Assembly: GCF_009914755.1 (NCBI RefSeq)
Contig: NC_060939.1
Reading direction: 5' to 3' (one strand)
Length of the DNA: 64,000 bases
DNA from: the human T2T-CHM13v2.0 reference genome, Homo sapiens
Below, piece after piece: positions 36,459 through 56,714 of this stretch; within the stretch, counting starts at the first letter, position 1; every line of letters starts with the position of its first letter. Under the pieces are notes generated by a model, which saw only the letters and a program-made list of their open reading frames with translations, made no database searches and was not told the origin of the DNA. Both the position numbers and the translations under genes were made by a program.

Positions 36459-37355
36459 CTATTCTGGTATCTTCTTCTCCAAGACCTCAGGCTTTCCCCT
36501 CTCCAACACTACCTTCTCAGCCAATAAATCACTGGAGGGGAGGTCCATAGGAATAATGCATTCACTCTCTTCAAATATCCCAGGCTCTAGAATTACCCAT
36601 CTCCTCTCCTGGTTTCAGAAATCTTGTTTTTTCAATGGTGAGATAGCAGGAAACTGATCTGGTAAAATGCATTCATACTACTGTATAAATGATTGATGGA
36701 TCCTTTTAACTGTAGTTACTTAAATTTCCAAAAGAGCTCTCTTTTACCACTCTACCAAAGTGAAAGTGCCAAGTTGCTGCATGGAAATGGGACAGGTAGA
36801 GGAGAGTTTTTGGTCACCATTCAGGCAAGCCAGGTGGTACCAGCTCTCCTTCACTGGTCCTATTTCATAACATTTTTGCTTCTTGCATTTTAGAGCTACC
36901 AGTTTCCTAGAACAGCAGAAGTAGCATGCTCCCCTGGCCCAACCAACAGGTGCGGCTATAGTGGCCTATCTGTACTGGGGAGGGGACACCCCAAATCTGA
37001 CATTGACAGGTTCACCCAACAGCAGGGATGTCCTGTGCCATGTGTAATACCCCCTCTTCTTTCATAGCTCCAGAATGTCCAATGACTACATAGCACTGTG
37101 CTGAGTCCTTCACATACACCAGCCTGTCTTTGTGCTTGTAACAGTCTATAAGGGAAGCATTATTACTCCCATTCTACAGGTGGGGAAATTAAGACTCAGA
37201 GAGAAAAGGTAATTTGCTCAAGGCCTTGTAGCTAGAAATTTGGAAGAGCTAACACATACCACTCTTGGCATAGCAGTTTAGACATGGACAGCTTTAGGAT
37301 GGGGAGACTGAGAACCCAGGAAACACGTTGAGGCTTCTATTAAAATACACTACTC

Positions 37356-40005
<2,650 letters not shown>

Positions 40006-41517
40006 ATGGCTTTGTAGAATTTTTTAAATAGCTGCTGTGAATGGGAAGATGGATTTTTTTCCCATATTTCTTCTCATTTGCTTTGCTAAGATAGAATTAT
40101 GCTATTTTTCTTTCTTAATTATTATGTAATCTAGCCACTTTGGTGAGCAATTTCTTATTAAGTTAGTGGTGTTTTTGCTTATTGTTTTGAGTATTCCAGA
40201 AGCAAATAGATGTTATTTCGCCTTTCTGAAGATACGGTTAAGTCTGGGTTCTTGTCACGGAGCCCTTCTGGGCAGTTTCCCACTTCACCTCTGCCTCCTC
40301 CAAAGTGCCAGGCACGCAGCAGGTACTCAGTGAGTGTCCTCTGAATGAAGGTAAAGGAACCGCTTGGCTAAGGTCATTCCTGGCCCTGGGTGGCAGCCCT
40401 TTGATTCAGGATCTGCACCTCAGTCTTACCAGAGGGCTGGGGGCTTTTAGACCCAGGTGTCTGATTCAGGCTAGCCACCTCACAGACACTTGCCGCCCAT
40501 CTCCATCTGGAGGGAAAGCAGGGGCCAGTCACCCTAGGGAGACCCCATTCAGGACAAAAGAAGCTTAGAAAAAGGACCCAGCGGAGGCTATGGCCATCCA
40601 GAACGTCTTGCTCTCTATCCAGCCAGGCTGCCTGAGGCGTGCCCTTCCAGGCTTGGAACCCTGTCTCCAAGGAAGGGGATCCAACATCAGACACAGCCCC
40701 TCTCCCCAAGTGTCCAGGATCCAAAGGGGGAAAATAACAACTGTTTCTTATTCTCTTCCCTTTATTCCTATACCCTATAGAATTGCCCACATTTATTAGT
40801 ATTCTGTTTTTTAATTTCAAAAAAAGGAATACATTCATACATTCACAAGGCTCAAACATAATCTAAAAAGGTATGCAGTGAATGTCTTACTCTACCCTCA
40901 TTCCACCCATCCCATAGCCACTTTTATTAATTTGCATGTCCTTTTAATATTTATTTATTCAAATACAATCAACTATGAAGATATTCTTATTTTTCCCCAT
41001 TCTTACACAAAAGGTAGCATCTGATACACACATTTCTGCACCTTGATTTCTAACTTAAAATATATATCATAATAATACAAATAGTTAGCATTTATTGAAC
41101 ACTCATTGTATGCCAGTCATTTTTCAAACTTTTATCCATATATTAACTCATTTAATCCTTCCAGTACTCCTATTATTAACCTCATTTCTCCATGGAGAAT
41201 TTTCCTTATCAGTATATAAAGAGCTTCCTCAATGGCTTACAGCTACATAGTATTCCGTTGTATGGGTGGATCATAATTTATGTAACTAATTGCCTTGTGA
41301 GGGACACGTGGGTGGCTTCTAATTCTTTGCTATTGTGGACTGTGCTGCAGTGAATATATTGTATGGATATCATCTTGTTATGTGTAGAGATAGAGCTGCA
41401 GAGCAGATCCAAAGAAAGAGGATTGCTGGGTTAAATGCATTTGTAATTCTGATGGGTATTGCCAAATTGCCTTCTGTAGAGTTATTAGTTCTTTTCATAA
41501 TTGCTTAGTATTTCTAA

Positions 41518-41910
<393 letters not shown>

Positions 41911-41954
41911 TAATGGTTAAGAACATGGACTCTAAGCTGGACTGCCTGGGTTTT

Positions 41955-42452
41955 TATATTTTCTTTCGCTGCTGTAACAAATTACCACAAATTTAGGGGC
42001 TTAAAACAATGTAAATGTATTCTGTTATGGTTCTGGAGGTAAGAAGTCTGAAACAGGTCTCACTGAGGTATATAAAGGTGTCAGCAGGCTTTGCTCCTTT
42101 GGGAGGCTCTCAGGGAGAACGTTTTCTTGCCTTTCCCAGCTTCTAGAGGCTGCCCACATTCCTTGGTGCATGGCCCCTTTCTGTCTTCAAAGCCGGCAAC
42201 ATCACAACATTCCCACCTCTGCATTCATCACATCACATCTCCTCTCATTCTCCTGCCTCCCTGCCCTTTCCTTTGAAAGGATTCACGTGATTACGTTGAA
42301 CCCACCCAGATAATCTAGAATAATCTCTTTATCTCAAAGTCCTTAATTGAATAACACCTGCAAAGACCCTTTTGCCATAGTAAGGTGACATATTCACAGG
42401 TCTCAGGAATTTGCACGTGGACATCTTTAGAGGCCACTATTCTGCTACTACA
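41955..42452 (+). mobile_element. MLT1 (MaLR) LTR inserted into a MIR (~41900-42650)
   Basis: gctgctgtaacaaattaccacaaattta...ctattctgctactaca; MIR core halves on either side. Confidence 0.8.
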
Positions 42453-42672
42453 GTTTGCATCTAGACTCTACCACTTACTAATCGTGTGATCTTGAACAAA
42501 TTATTTTGCCTCTTGCACCAGTTTTCTCATCCTTAAAATGGGGATAATAATGGTATCTATTCCACTGGATTGTCAGGAGGATTGAATGAGTAAATATTTG
42601 CCAATGCTTATAATAGTATCTGAGACACAATAAATGCTATGGAAGTATCTGCTAGCTAAAATATATTAACCA

Positions 42673-43682
<1,010 letters not shown>

Positions 43683-44195
43683 CTAGGTCAATCATTTAAC
43701 ATGTTCTGTTTCTTCCTCTGGGAAATATGTATAACGACAATTCTCACTCAAGGGGCTCTTGCAAAGGTTAAGTGGCATGGCTGACATGTGTCAAGTCTGT
43801 ACCATCCTGCAAGCAGCAGCCCAGTCTGGCATTTGTGTAAGGCGGTTTCAGTGGAGAGATGTGTGGAAGGGTGCACCCCACGATGCTCACCTGGTGCTTC
43901 CTCGGTGGGGAAGGGAAATTCAGAAGTGGTGGAAAGAGATGATTGTCGTTTCGTATATCTTTGTATTGTTTCCCGGATGTTGAAATTGTTACTGTAGTAA
44001 CTTTTTATACTCATGTGTTATTGGTAGTTTGGATACTATCACCATAACCACAAACACTGAATTAGGAAAAGCAGAAACCTAGAAACATGCCATGATTCAA
44101 AGTCTGGTATTTTTGGAAGAGGAATTTAATAACGAACGTTTTAAGAGGAAAAAGTCAGGAGAGTCCTAACCCAGGCCAACCTTGTGTGTCCACAG

Positions 44196-44776
44196 CATCT
44201 ACTGCCGAGGATGTTCCAAGCCGCTGTGCTGCTCGTGCGCGCTCCTTGACAGCAGCCACAGTGAGCTCAAGTGCGACATCAGCGCAGAGATCCAGCAGCG
44301 ACAGGAGGAGCTGGACGCCATGACGCAGGCGCTGCAGGAGCAGGATAGTGCCTTTGGCGCGGTTCACGCGCAGATGCACGCGGCCGTCGGCCAGCTGGGC
44401 CGCGCGCGTGCCGAGACCGAGGAGCTGATCCGCGAGCGCGTGCGCCAGGTGGTAGCTCACGTGCGGGCTCAGGAGCGCGAGCTGCTGGAGGCTGTGGACG
44501 CGCGGTACCAGCGCGACTACGAGGAGATGGCCAGTCGGCTGGGCCGCCTGGATGCTGTGCTGCAGCGCATCCGCACGGGCAGCGCGCTGGTGCAGAGGAT
44601 GAAGTGCTACGCCTCGGACCAGGAGGTGCTGGACATGCACGGTTTCCTGCGCCAGGCGCTCTGCCGCCTGCGCCAGGAGGAGCCCCAGAGCCTGCAAGCT
44701 GCCGTGCGCACCGATGGCTTCGACGAGTTCAAGGTGCGCCTGCAGGACCTCAGCTCTTGCATCACCCAGGGGAAAG
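44196..44776 (+). CDS. PML: PML exon 3 (rest of B-box2, coiled-coil)
   Basis: ORF 44182..44862; branch point CTAAC at 44166-44170, CAG acceptor, GTAAGC donor; 581 nt; CpG-rich. Confidence 0.98.
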
Positions 44777-46224
44777 GTAAGCACGCACGCCACCTTCCTG
44801 GGCGGCCTGTGCCTCTGCTGCACCCTAGGGAAGGCGAGTCAGAAGAGATCATCTCCATTTGACAGAAAAGAAAACTGGGTGTTTATTCAGTCTTTGGGGG
44901 TTGGTAAGGTCTTAGGTTCCAGGGCACAGGATAAGGGGGAGATGAGGCCCTGACAAAGGGCTGCAGCCACCCAGAGGGGACACATTTTACTAATTTACAA
45001 GACTCTGTGGATTGACCTAGCGATGACTCATGGGGAACACGTGAAAGTTGAAAAACTGCAAAGCTGAGAATCAGACCCAGTATCATTTTGGCGCCAGAGG
45101 GACCAAGCACTTCAGGAGGTTCTCTTAAGCCACCGGTGTCTCGGAACAGAGAAGTCAATTGGGACCTGGGGTTACGGTAGAAGGGGGCTAAGAAAACCTC
45201 CTGGGGATGGTTGGATGCTTACCCAAAACCATACAGTGGCTCAGTGGAGGAGATCCCTTGTCTGCAGGATGACCTGCTGTCTGCCAACCTTTGCGCGCCC
45301 TGCCTAGTGTTGGACGCTTGAGAGGGAAGGAGACACAGACTAGTTTCTGATCTCAAGGAGCCAGAGCCACTTCACGTAGCTGGAGAATGAGACAGTGCTC
45401 AGCTCTGCAATCCAAATCCGGGAGATGTAGCAGCTGTGTATTAGCTGGAACAGGGGGGCTTTCAAAATAAGGGGTAGGGGGAGTGTGCCAGAGAGTCTCC
45501 AGGAGTCTTTGACTAAATCTCCAAGCTGGAATGTGAGCTCTGAGCAGCTAGTATAGGATGCCCTTACTGGGAAAGGGGAGGGAGGCTATGGAATCTGAAG
45601 GCACCTGGGTAGGGTGCCAGTGACAAAGAGCTTATTTACTTCTCCTGGAGCTGGACATGGGTCATGAAGGATAATCTTAGAGGGCCTGGACCTGTGCCTT
45701 CTCCACCTAGGTAGTGAATGTCACCCATATTAAGGAAATGACCCCACAGAGTTTACACAGCTTGCCTTGGGTGTTATAACTGGGCAATAGCAGAGAGAAG
45801 GGTTATTTTATTCTGAAGCATAAGAGATTTAGATTTAATAAAAACCAGGCTGCAGATAAGGAAGATCATGGAGCTCTCACTATATGTAGAGAGTCAGTGA
45901 GCCGGTAGTGATGGCTTTATGATTGCGCACACTTAGCCTTGCTGTTGGCTCAGAGATGGAGAGAGGTACACTTGGGGTTTGGAGCCAAAAGCAAGCACTC
46001 TAATGCCACCTCCTTTTCCCTTCTGGCTGGGTTCCTGCCCACTGCATTCGAGAGAGCTCTCCTTCCAGCCGCCCCTCCAGGGAGTTGTCCAGTGCTTTGG
46101 GATGCCCTGGAAAATAGGTATCCTGGAAAAGCAACAGGGACCTCCTCTCTATCACTGTCCCAGGTCAGGATGTCCCTTACCAGCATGTCCTTGACCTGCC
46201 TGTGACCTTCTTTGTGTTCTACAG
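44777..46224 (+). other. PML: PML intron 3 = APL t(15;17) bcr3 breakpoint region
   Basis: Position between exons 3 and 4; established knowledge. Confidence 0.9.
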
Positions 46225-46295
46225 ATGCAGCTGTATCCAAGAAAGCCAGCCCAGAGGCTGCCAGCACTCCCAGGGACCCTATTGACGTTGACCTG
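46225..46295 (+). CDS. PML: PML exon 4 (DAAVSKKASPEAASTPRDPIDVDL)
   Basis: Manual translation; polypyrimidine + CAG, GTGAGA donor; 71 nt, cumulative 1254. Confidence 0.95.
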
Positions 46296-46889
46296 GTGAG
46301 ATGGGTTTGAGGTCTGAAGGGGTGGTGGTGGGGCCCAGCAGGTCAGGCAGGTTGTGAGTCCTGCTGTCCCTGTGTGTGCAGGGAGAGCATCTGAGTGAGG
46401 GACAGCAAGTGGCTGGACTGGAAATTTCAGTGAGAGGAAGTAAAGGAAGACATTAAAGAAGGGTTGGCTGGCTAGCTGGCTCTGACTCTAGGCTCCTAAA
46501 TGCCAAAGTTGCTCTTGATGGGCCATGAGCCAGGTTCAGTGGGGGTTAGATGTGGGGTAGACAGTCGGCCACAGATCAGGGCTGCTGCAGAGGGAATTCC
46601 AGCATTAGATGGCATATTAGTGCCTTCCAGCCATGAGAAACTATGGTTGTCAGATGTATGGTTAGATATAGGGTCAGCAGTCCTGAGGGATGTGCAGATG
46701 TCCTCTCCCCTCCTACACCCTACCCCCAATGTGTGAGCCTTCTCTTGGAGTCAGAATAGGTGGGCCTTCCCCTGCTCTTTCCCCACAGATGGTTCTTGGA
46801 AAGGAACGGGGAATGGTGCCAGGAGTCAGATTTCGATCCCAGTTGCCCGGGTTCTGCTGGTGTGATTCCAGGGCCACCATACATGTAAC

Positions 46890-47090
46890 AAAGCAGAGTG
46901 TCTCAGGGTTCAAGGTATCCATGTCCCATCTAATGCTGGCATTCCTTCTGCAGCACCCCTGACCTGTGGCTGTCCAGCTTTCATGTACACATCTCCAGGG
47001 ACAGGAAGCTTGCTCATTCTAGAGGCAGCTGCTCCCAACTCTGGACTGCTCTGACTTAGAAAGTGCTTTTCCGAGTGGAAATGCAGTGGT
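46890..47090 (-). mobile_element. CR1/L3 LINE 3' remnant
   Basis: Reverse strand gctgcctc...cttcctgtccctggagatgtg...gctggacagccacaggtcaggggtgctgcagaaggaatgccagcatt resembles the L3 3' end. Confidence 0.6.
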
Positions 47091-47527
47091 GTCCCTTTGA
47101 CTTGCCCCCTTTGGCATTCACAAGTATGGCTCCTTTCCACCAGAATAAGCATCCTCGGTTTCTTCCTGGACTTGGCATCTGGTCTCTTCCCTAGCCTAGT
47201 CACTCAGGTTTGCATGCGCCTAGCCTATCAAGGATCTGGCCCAGGACTGGCCAGTCCTTCATGGACAGCAGGTCTTCTGGTGGTGGGTAGGGGCCTAGCT
47301 TTTGCCATGGCATGACCCATAGGAGAGAGAGAGTGCTGTAGGTTGAGGCAATCAGGAGAGGCTTCCTGGAAGAGACAGGACTTAAGAGTCTCAGAGTTTT
47401 AGAGCCAGGCAAGAGCATGGAGTCTAACCCCCTTTTTTTCACAGAGGACGAAGCTAAGACCCAGAAAGGATGTGACTTACCCAAGGCTACACACAGCAAA
47501 TTAGGGGCAAGATTAAAAGCTGACTCT

Positions 47528-53756
<6,229 letters not shown>

Positions 53757-53938
53757 GGAGGTGATGTGATGGAGAGTTTGGAGGACTTCTTGTCCCCAGT
53801 GAGCTCGGAGCTTTGAGTCAGGGAGCCTGGACCTGTGACTTGGTGAGGCCCCAGGGATTAGGCCAACCACAGGTCTGGGGTACCTGGCCCTGGGGCTGCT
53901 GCCTAGTCATTTCTGACTCAATTTTCCCAACTTTGCAG

Positions 53939-54082
53939 CCCGAGGAGGCAGAGAGAGTGAAGGCCCAGGTTCAGGCCCTGGGGCTGGCTGAAGCCCAGCC
54001 TATGGCTGTGGTACAGTCAGTGCCCGGGGCACACCCCGTGCCAGTGTACGCCTTCTCCATCAAAGGCCCTTCCTATGGAGAG
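53939..54082 (+). CDS. PML: PML exon 5 (symmetric 144-nt cassette exon)
   Basis: PEEAERVKAQVQALG...SYGE in ORF 53813..54265; CAG/GTAAGG. Confidence 0.96.
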
Positions 54083-54522
54083 GTAAGGTTCTCCCCAGCC
54101 CCAGCCTTCCCTCCTGAAGGCCTGAGTTCCACCAGGAAAGTGAGCTGGCACTGGGGTGGGAATCCAGGCCTTCATCAGATCAGCTCTTTGTGGGAAAGTG
54201 TTTGCTCGACGCCTTCTCTGTGCTCTCCCCTGTTCTTGGCTGCATGGTCAGGGAGCTTCCCATAAGCATGGCCCACTCCCAGCCCAGCAGGGGTGCTGAG
54301 ACACTCAGGGTTGTCAGAGGCCAGCAGAGACTGGTGGACAGCAGATAGTACCAGCTTGGGAAGGCTTCCTGTCTGAAGAGAGACGTAATCTGCGTGGTTG
54401 AGAGCAGAGGAGAGGGGACAGCAGGAGCAAAAGGGTGGCCACAAGTCCCTGGCAGTCAGGGCAGGCTCTGCCCACTCACCCCTGCAGGCACCTGACCTGG
54501 CTCTGTGACTCCCTCTATGCAG

Positions 54523-54781
54523 GATGTCTCCAATACAACGACAGCCCAGAAGAGGAAGTGCAGCCAGACCCAGTGCCCCAGGAAGGTCATCAAGATGGAG
54601 TCTGAGGAGGGGAAGGAGGCAAGGTTGGCTCGGAGCTCCCCGGAGCAGCCCAGGCCCAGCACCTCCAAGGCAGTCTCACCACCCCACCTGGATGGACCGC
54701 CTAGCCCCAGGAGCCCCGTCATAGGAAGTGAGGTCTTCCTGCCCAACAGCAACCACGTGGCCAGTGGCGCCGGGGAGGCAG
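54523..54781 (+). CDS. PML: PML exon 6 (NLS KRKCSQTQCPRKVIK, K490 SUMO site; APL bcr2 region)
   Basis: ORF 54505..54975; CAG acceptor, GTAGGG donor; 259 nt, cumulative 1657. Confidence 0.97.
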
Positions 54782-55844
54782 GTAGGGAGGTGGGTAGGGC
54801 AGTGGCCTGGGTGCTGCCCGCCAGGGTCTGGGCGGTGCCCCTCTTCTGTATTTTGGCCCCATCCAGAAAGCCCAAAGCCAACAGGAGTCCCTTATTCCCA
54901 CTGAATAAGATAGGGAAAGTTCACAGTGTGCGTGGGGGTGAGAGTGGACACAGTTTACCATGTGTTTTGCCATGATTGAGGTGTGGGGAGCCTGACAGGC
55001 TAAAATGCACAGTTCTATGAGTCCTTTCTCCCAAACACTACTGTGCCTTTGCACAGGGCAGGTCTCCACAAGAAGTTTGTTGGCTGATGCCTAGCATACT
55101 CCCAGAGAGGGCTTGGGCATACCATAACAGGAAACTGGACTCCCCATGACCTTAACTCTGCTCTCTCAGTCTACACCCATCATTTCCCCAAGTGTTTCTG
55201 CAAAGGCCACCTACCTAAGTATCTCATTTGTCAGAGTTATCTTCTATGAACACTGCCAGGCAGGTAGTCAGTTGGGCAGGAGTTGAGGTCAACCCAGAGG
55301 AATCTGGAACAAGAGAGTTCTAAGGATCTGCTTCACCCAGAGTACAGCTTTGTTCCTCATTCTGACTGAGCCCTAGCCTTGGTCACACACTGAGCACTGA
55401 CTGATATTCCTTACCCACAAATGCTATTGGTAATCGATGGGTTTTGATTAACTAAATGAAGCGTCTTTTAACTCTAGACATCCCAGCTCATGGAGCTGAG
55501 AATGGGGACAGTGTGCTTCTTTAGGATTGCAGAAGGTTCCAGACCAGGTAGCAGTTGTCAGGCCTCCTGTACAGGGGGCAAACTCTGAATTCTGGGCAGA
55601 TAACTTAATTGAATATTCATAGATAAGGCACAGCAAGAAATTATGGAAACCCATTTGTGAATTACTCAAATCCAAATGCAAAGCAGAGTCACATTGGCAC
55701 ACACAGTGGCTGTTCCCGTCCCCCTGCAGGGCATCCATTTCCCCCAGCCGACTGGCCTGCAAGGATTCCCATAGGTGCACACCCACACCCCTCCCAGCAT
55801 GCATCCTAGGCAGTTCATAATGCATCTCCCCTTCCCCGTTTCAG
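54782..55844 (+). other. PML: PML intron 6 = APL bcr1 breakpoint region
   Basis: Position between exons 6 and 7a; established knowledge. Confidence 0.9.
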
Positions 55845-55897
55845 AGGAACGCGTTGTGGTGATCAGCAGCTCGGAAGACTCAGATGCCGAAAACTCG
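55845..55897 (+). CDS. PML: PML exon 7a (phospho-SIM VVVISSSEDSD)
   Basis: ORF 55775..56023; CAG acceptor, GTGAGT donor; 53 nt, cumulative 1710 = 570 aa. Confidence 0.96.
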
Positions 55898-56023
55898 GTG
55901 AGTGGCCCAGAAGTTCAGCCCAGGACTCCTGCCTCCCCCCATTTCAGGTCCCAGGGGGCACAGCCACAGCAGGTGACTCTCAGACTTGCCTTGCGCCTGG
56001 GGAATTTTCCAGTGAGGCATTGA
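55898..56023 (+). CDS. PML: PML-V specific C-terminus (read-through of the 7a donor; 611 aa total)
   Basis: VSGPEVQPRTPASPHF...NFPVRH*; 570+41 = 611 aa matches PML-V. Confidence 0.9.
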   Translation: MSGPEVQPRTPASPHFRSQGAQPQQVTLRLALRLGNFPVRH

Positions 56024-56371
56024 GTCCCAAGCTGTGCTGAGGACAGTCTCCAAATGACAGCTGCATGCCTGGACCACCCCAGCCCTCCCACTACACCAGG
56101 GCCAGGAGCTCTTCTGAAATGCTGATAGCATGTGTCCAGAGCCCTGTCTCTTTTCTGGAATGTCCAAGACCTTTGTCTGGAGCTTCCTTATGCATTTTCT
56201 GTCCTCTAAGTCCTCAGTGAGGAGGGCTGGACAAGAATCCATTCCTTGGTTTATTACAGCCAGTGGGGGCCAGTGAAGGGGTGTCAGGCCACAGGGCAGC
56301 TATATAGGGGCCAAACAAGTGAGGTTTGACTCCATCCATGTAGAAAGATATATAAATCCATTCCACAGTGA

Positions 56372-56530
56372 AACAGGTGGCCTCGTGGGTAGTGACCCTT
56401 CTGTCCCTAGAGGTTTATTACTAGAGGCTGGACTATCACCTGTCCAGGGGAAAAGGGGATCTGAATAGAGTGAAAGGTTGGACTGGGTGGCCCCTGAGGT
56501 CTCTTCCAGCCCTCAGTCTGAGGTTCTGTA
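56372..56530 (+). mobile_element. CR1/L3 LINE 3' end overlapping the PML exon 7b acceptors
   Basis: gcctcgtgggtagtgacccttctgtccctagagg...agaggctggactatcacctgtc...ggttggactgggtggcccctgaggtctcttccagc matches the L3 tail (ggttggactagatgacctctgaggtcccttcca). Confidence 0.7.
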
Positions 56531-56714
56531 TTGGAAAGTGCATGGAGCCCATGGAGACCGCCGAGCCACAGTCCTCGCCAGCCCACTCCTCGCCAGCCCA
56601 CTCCTCGCCAGCCCACTCCTCGCCAGTCCAGTCTCTGCTGAGAGCACAAGGAGCCTCCAGCCTGCCCTGTGGCACATACCACCCCCCAGCTTGGCCTCCC
56701 CACCAGCCCGCTGA
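56499..56714 (+). CDS. PML: PML-III specific C-terminus (641 aa total)
   Basis: VSSSPQSEVLYWKVHGAHGDRR...SPPAR*; acceptor CCTGAG|; 570+71 = 641. Confidence 0.8.
   Translation, partial: VSSSPQSEVLYWKVHGAHGDRRATVLASPLLASPLLASPLLASPVSAESTRSLQPALWHIPPPSLASPPAR

Noticed and set aside
44155-44823. 222-aa antisense ORF over exon 3 (also 19146-19682 and 19258-19893 over exon 2)
   Set aside because: Shadow ORFs caused by the GC3-rich codons of PML; no independent gene signals
54083-54975. Open read-through of intron 5 (60 aa) and intron 6 (64 aa)
   Set aside because: Plausible by chance at this GC content; no nearby AATAAA noted to support terminal exons
55149-55169. U12-like branch ACCTTAAC followed by an AG in intron 6
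   Set aside because: No U12 donor (RTATCCTT) seen for this intron; at best a weak cryptic acceptor
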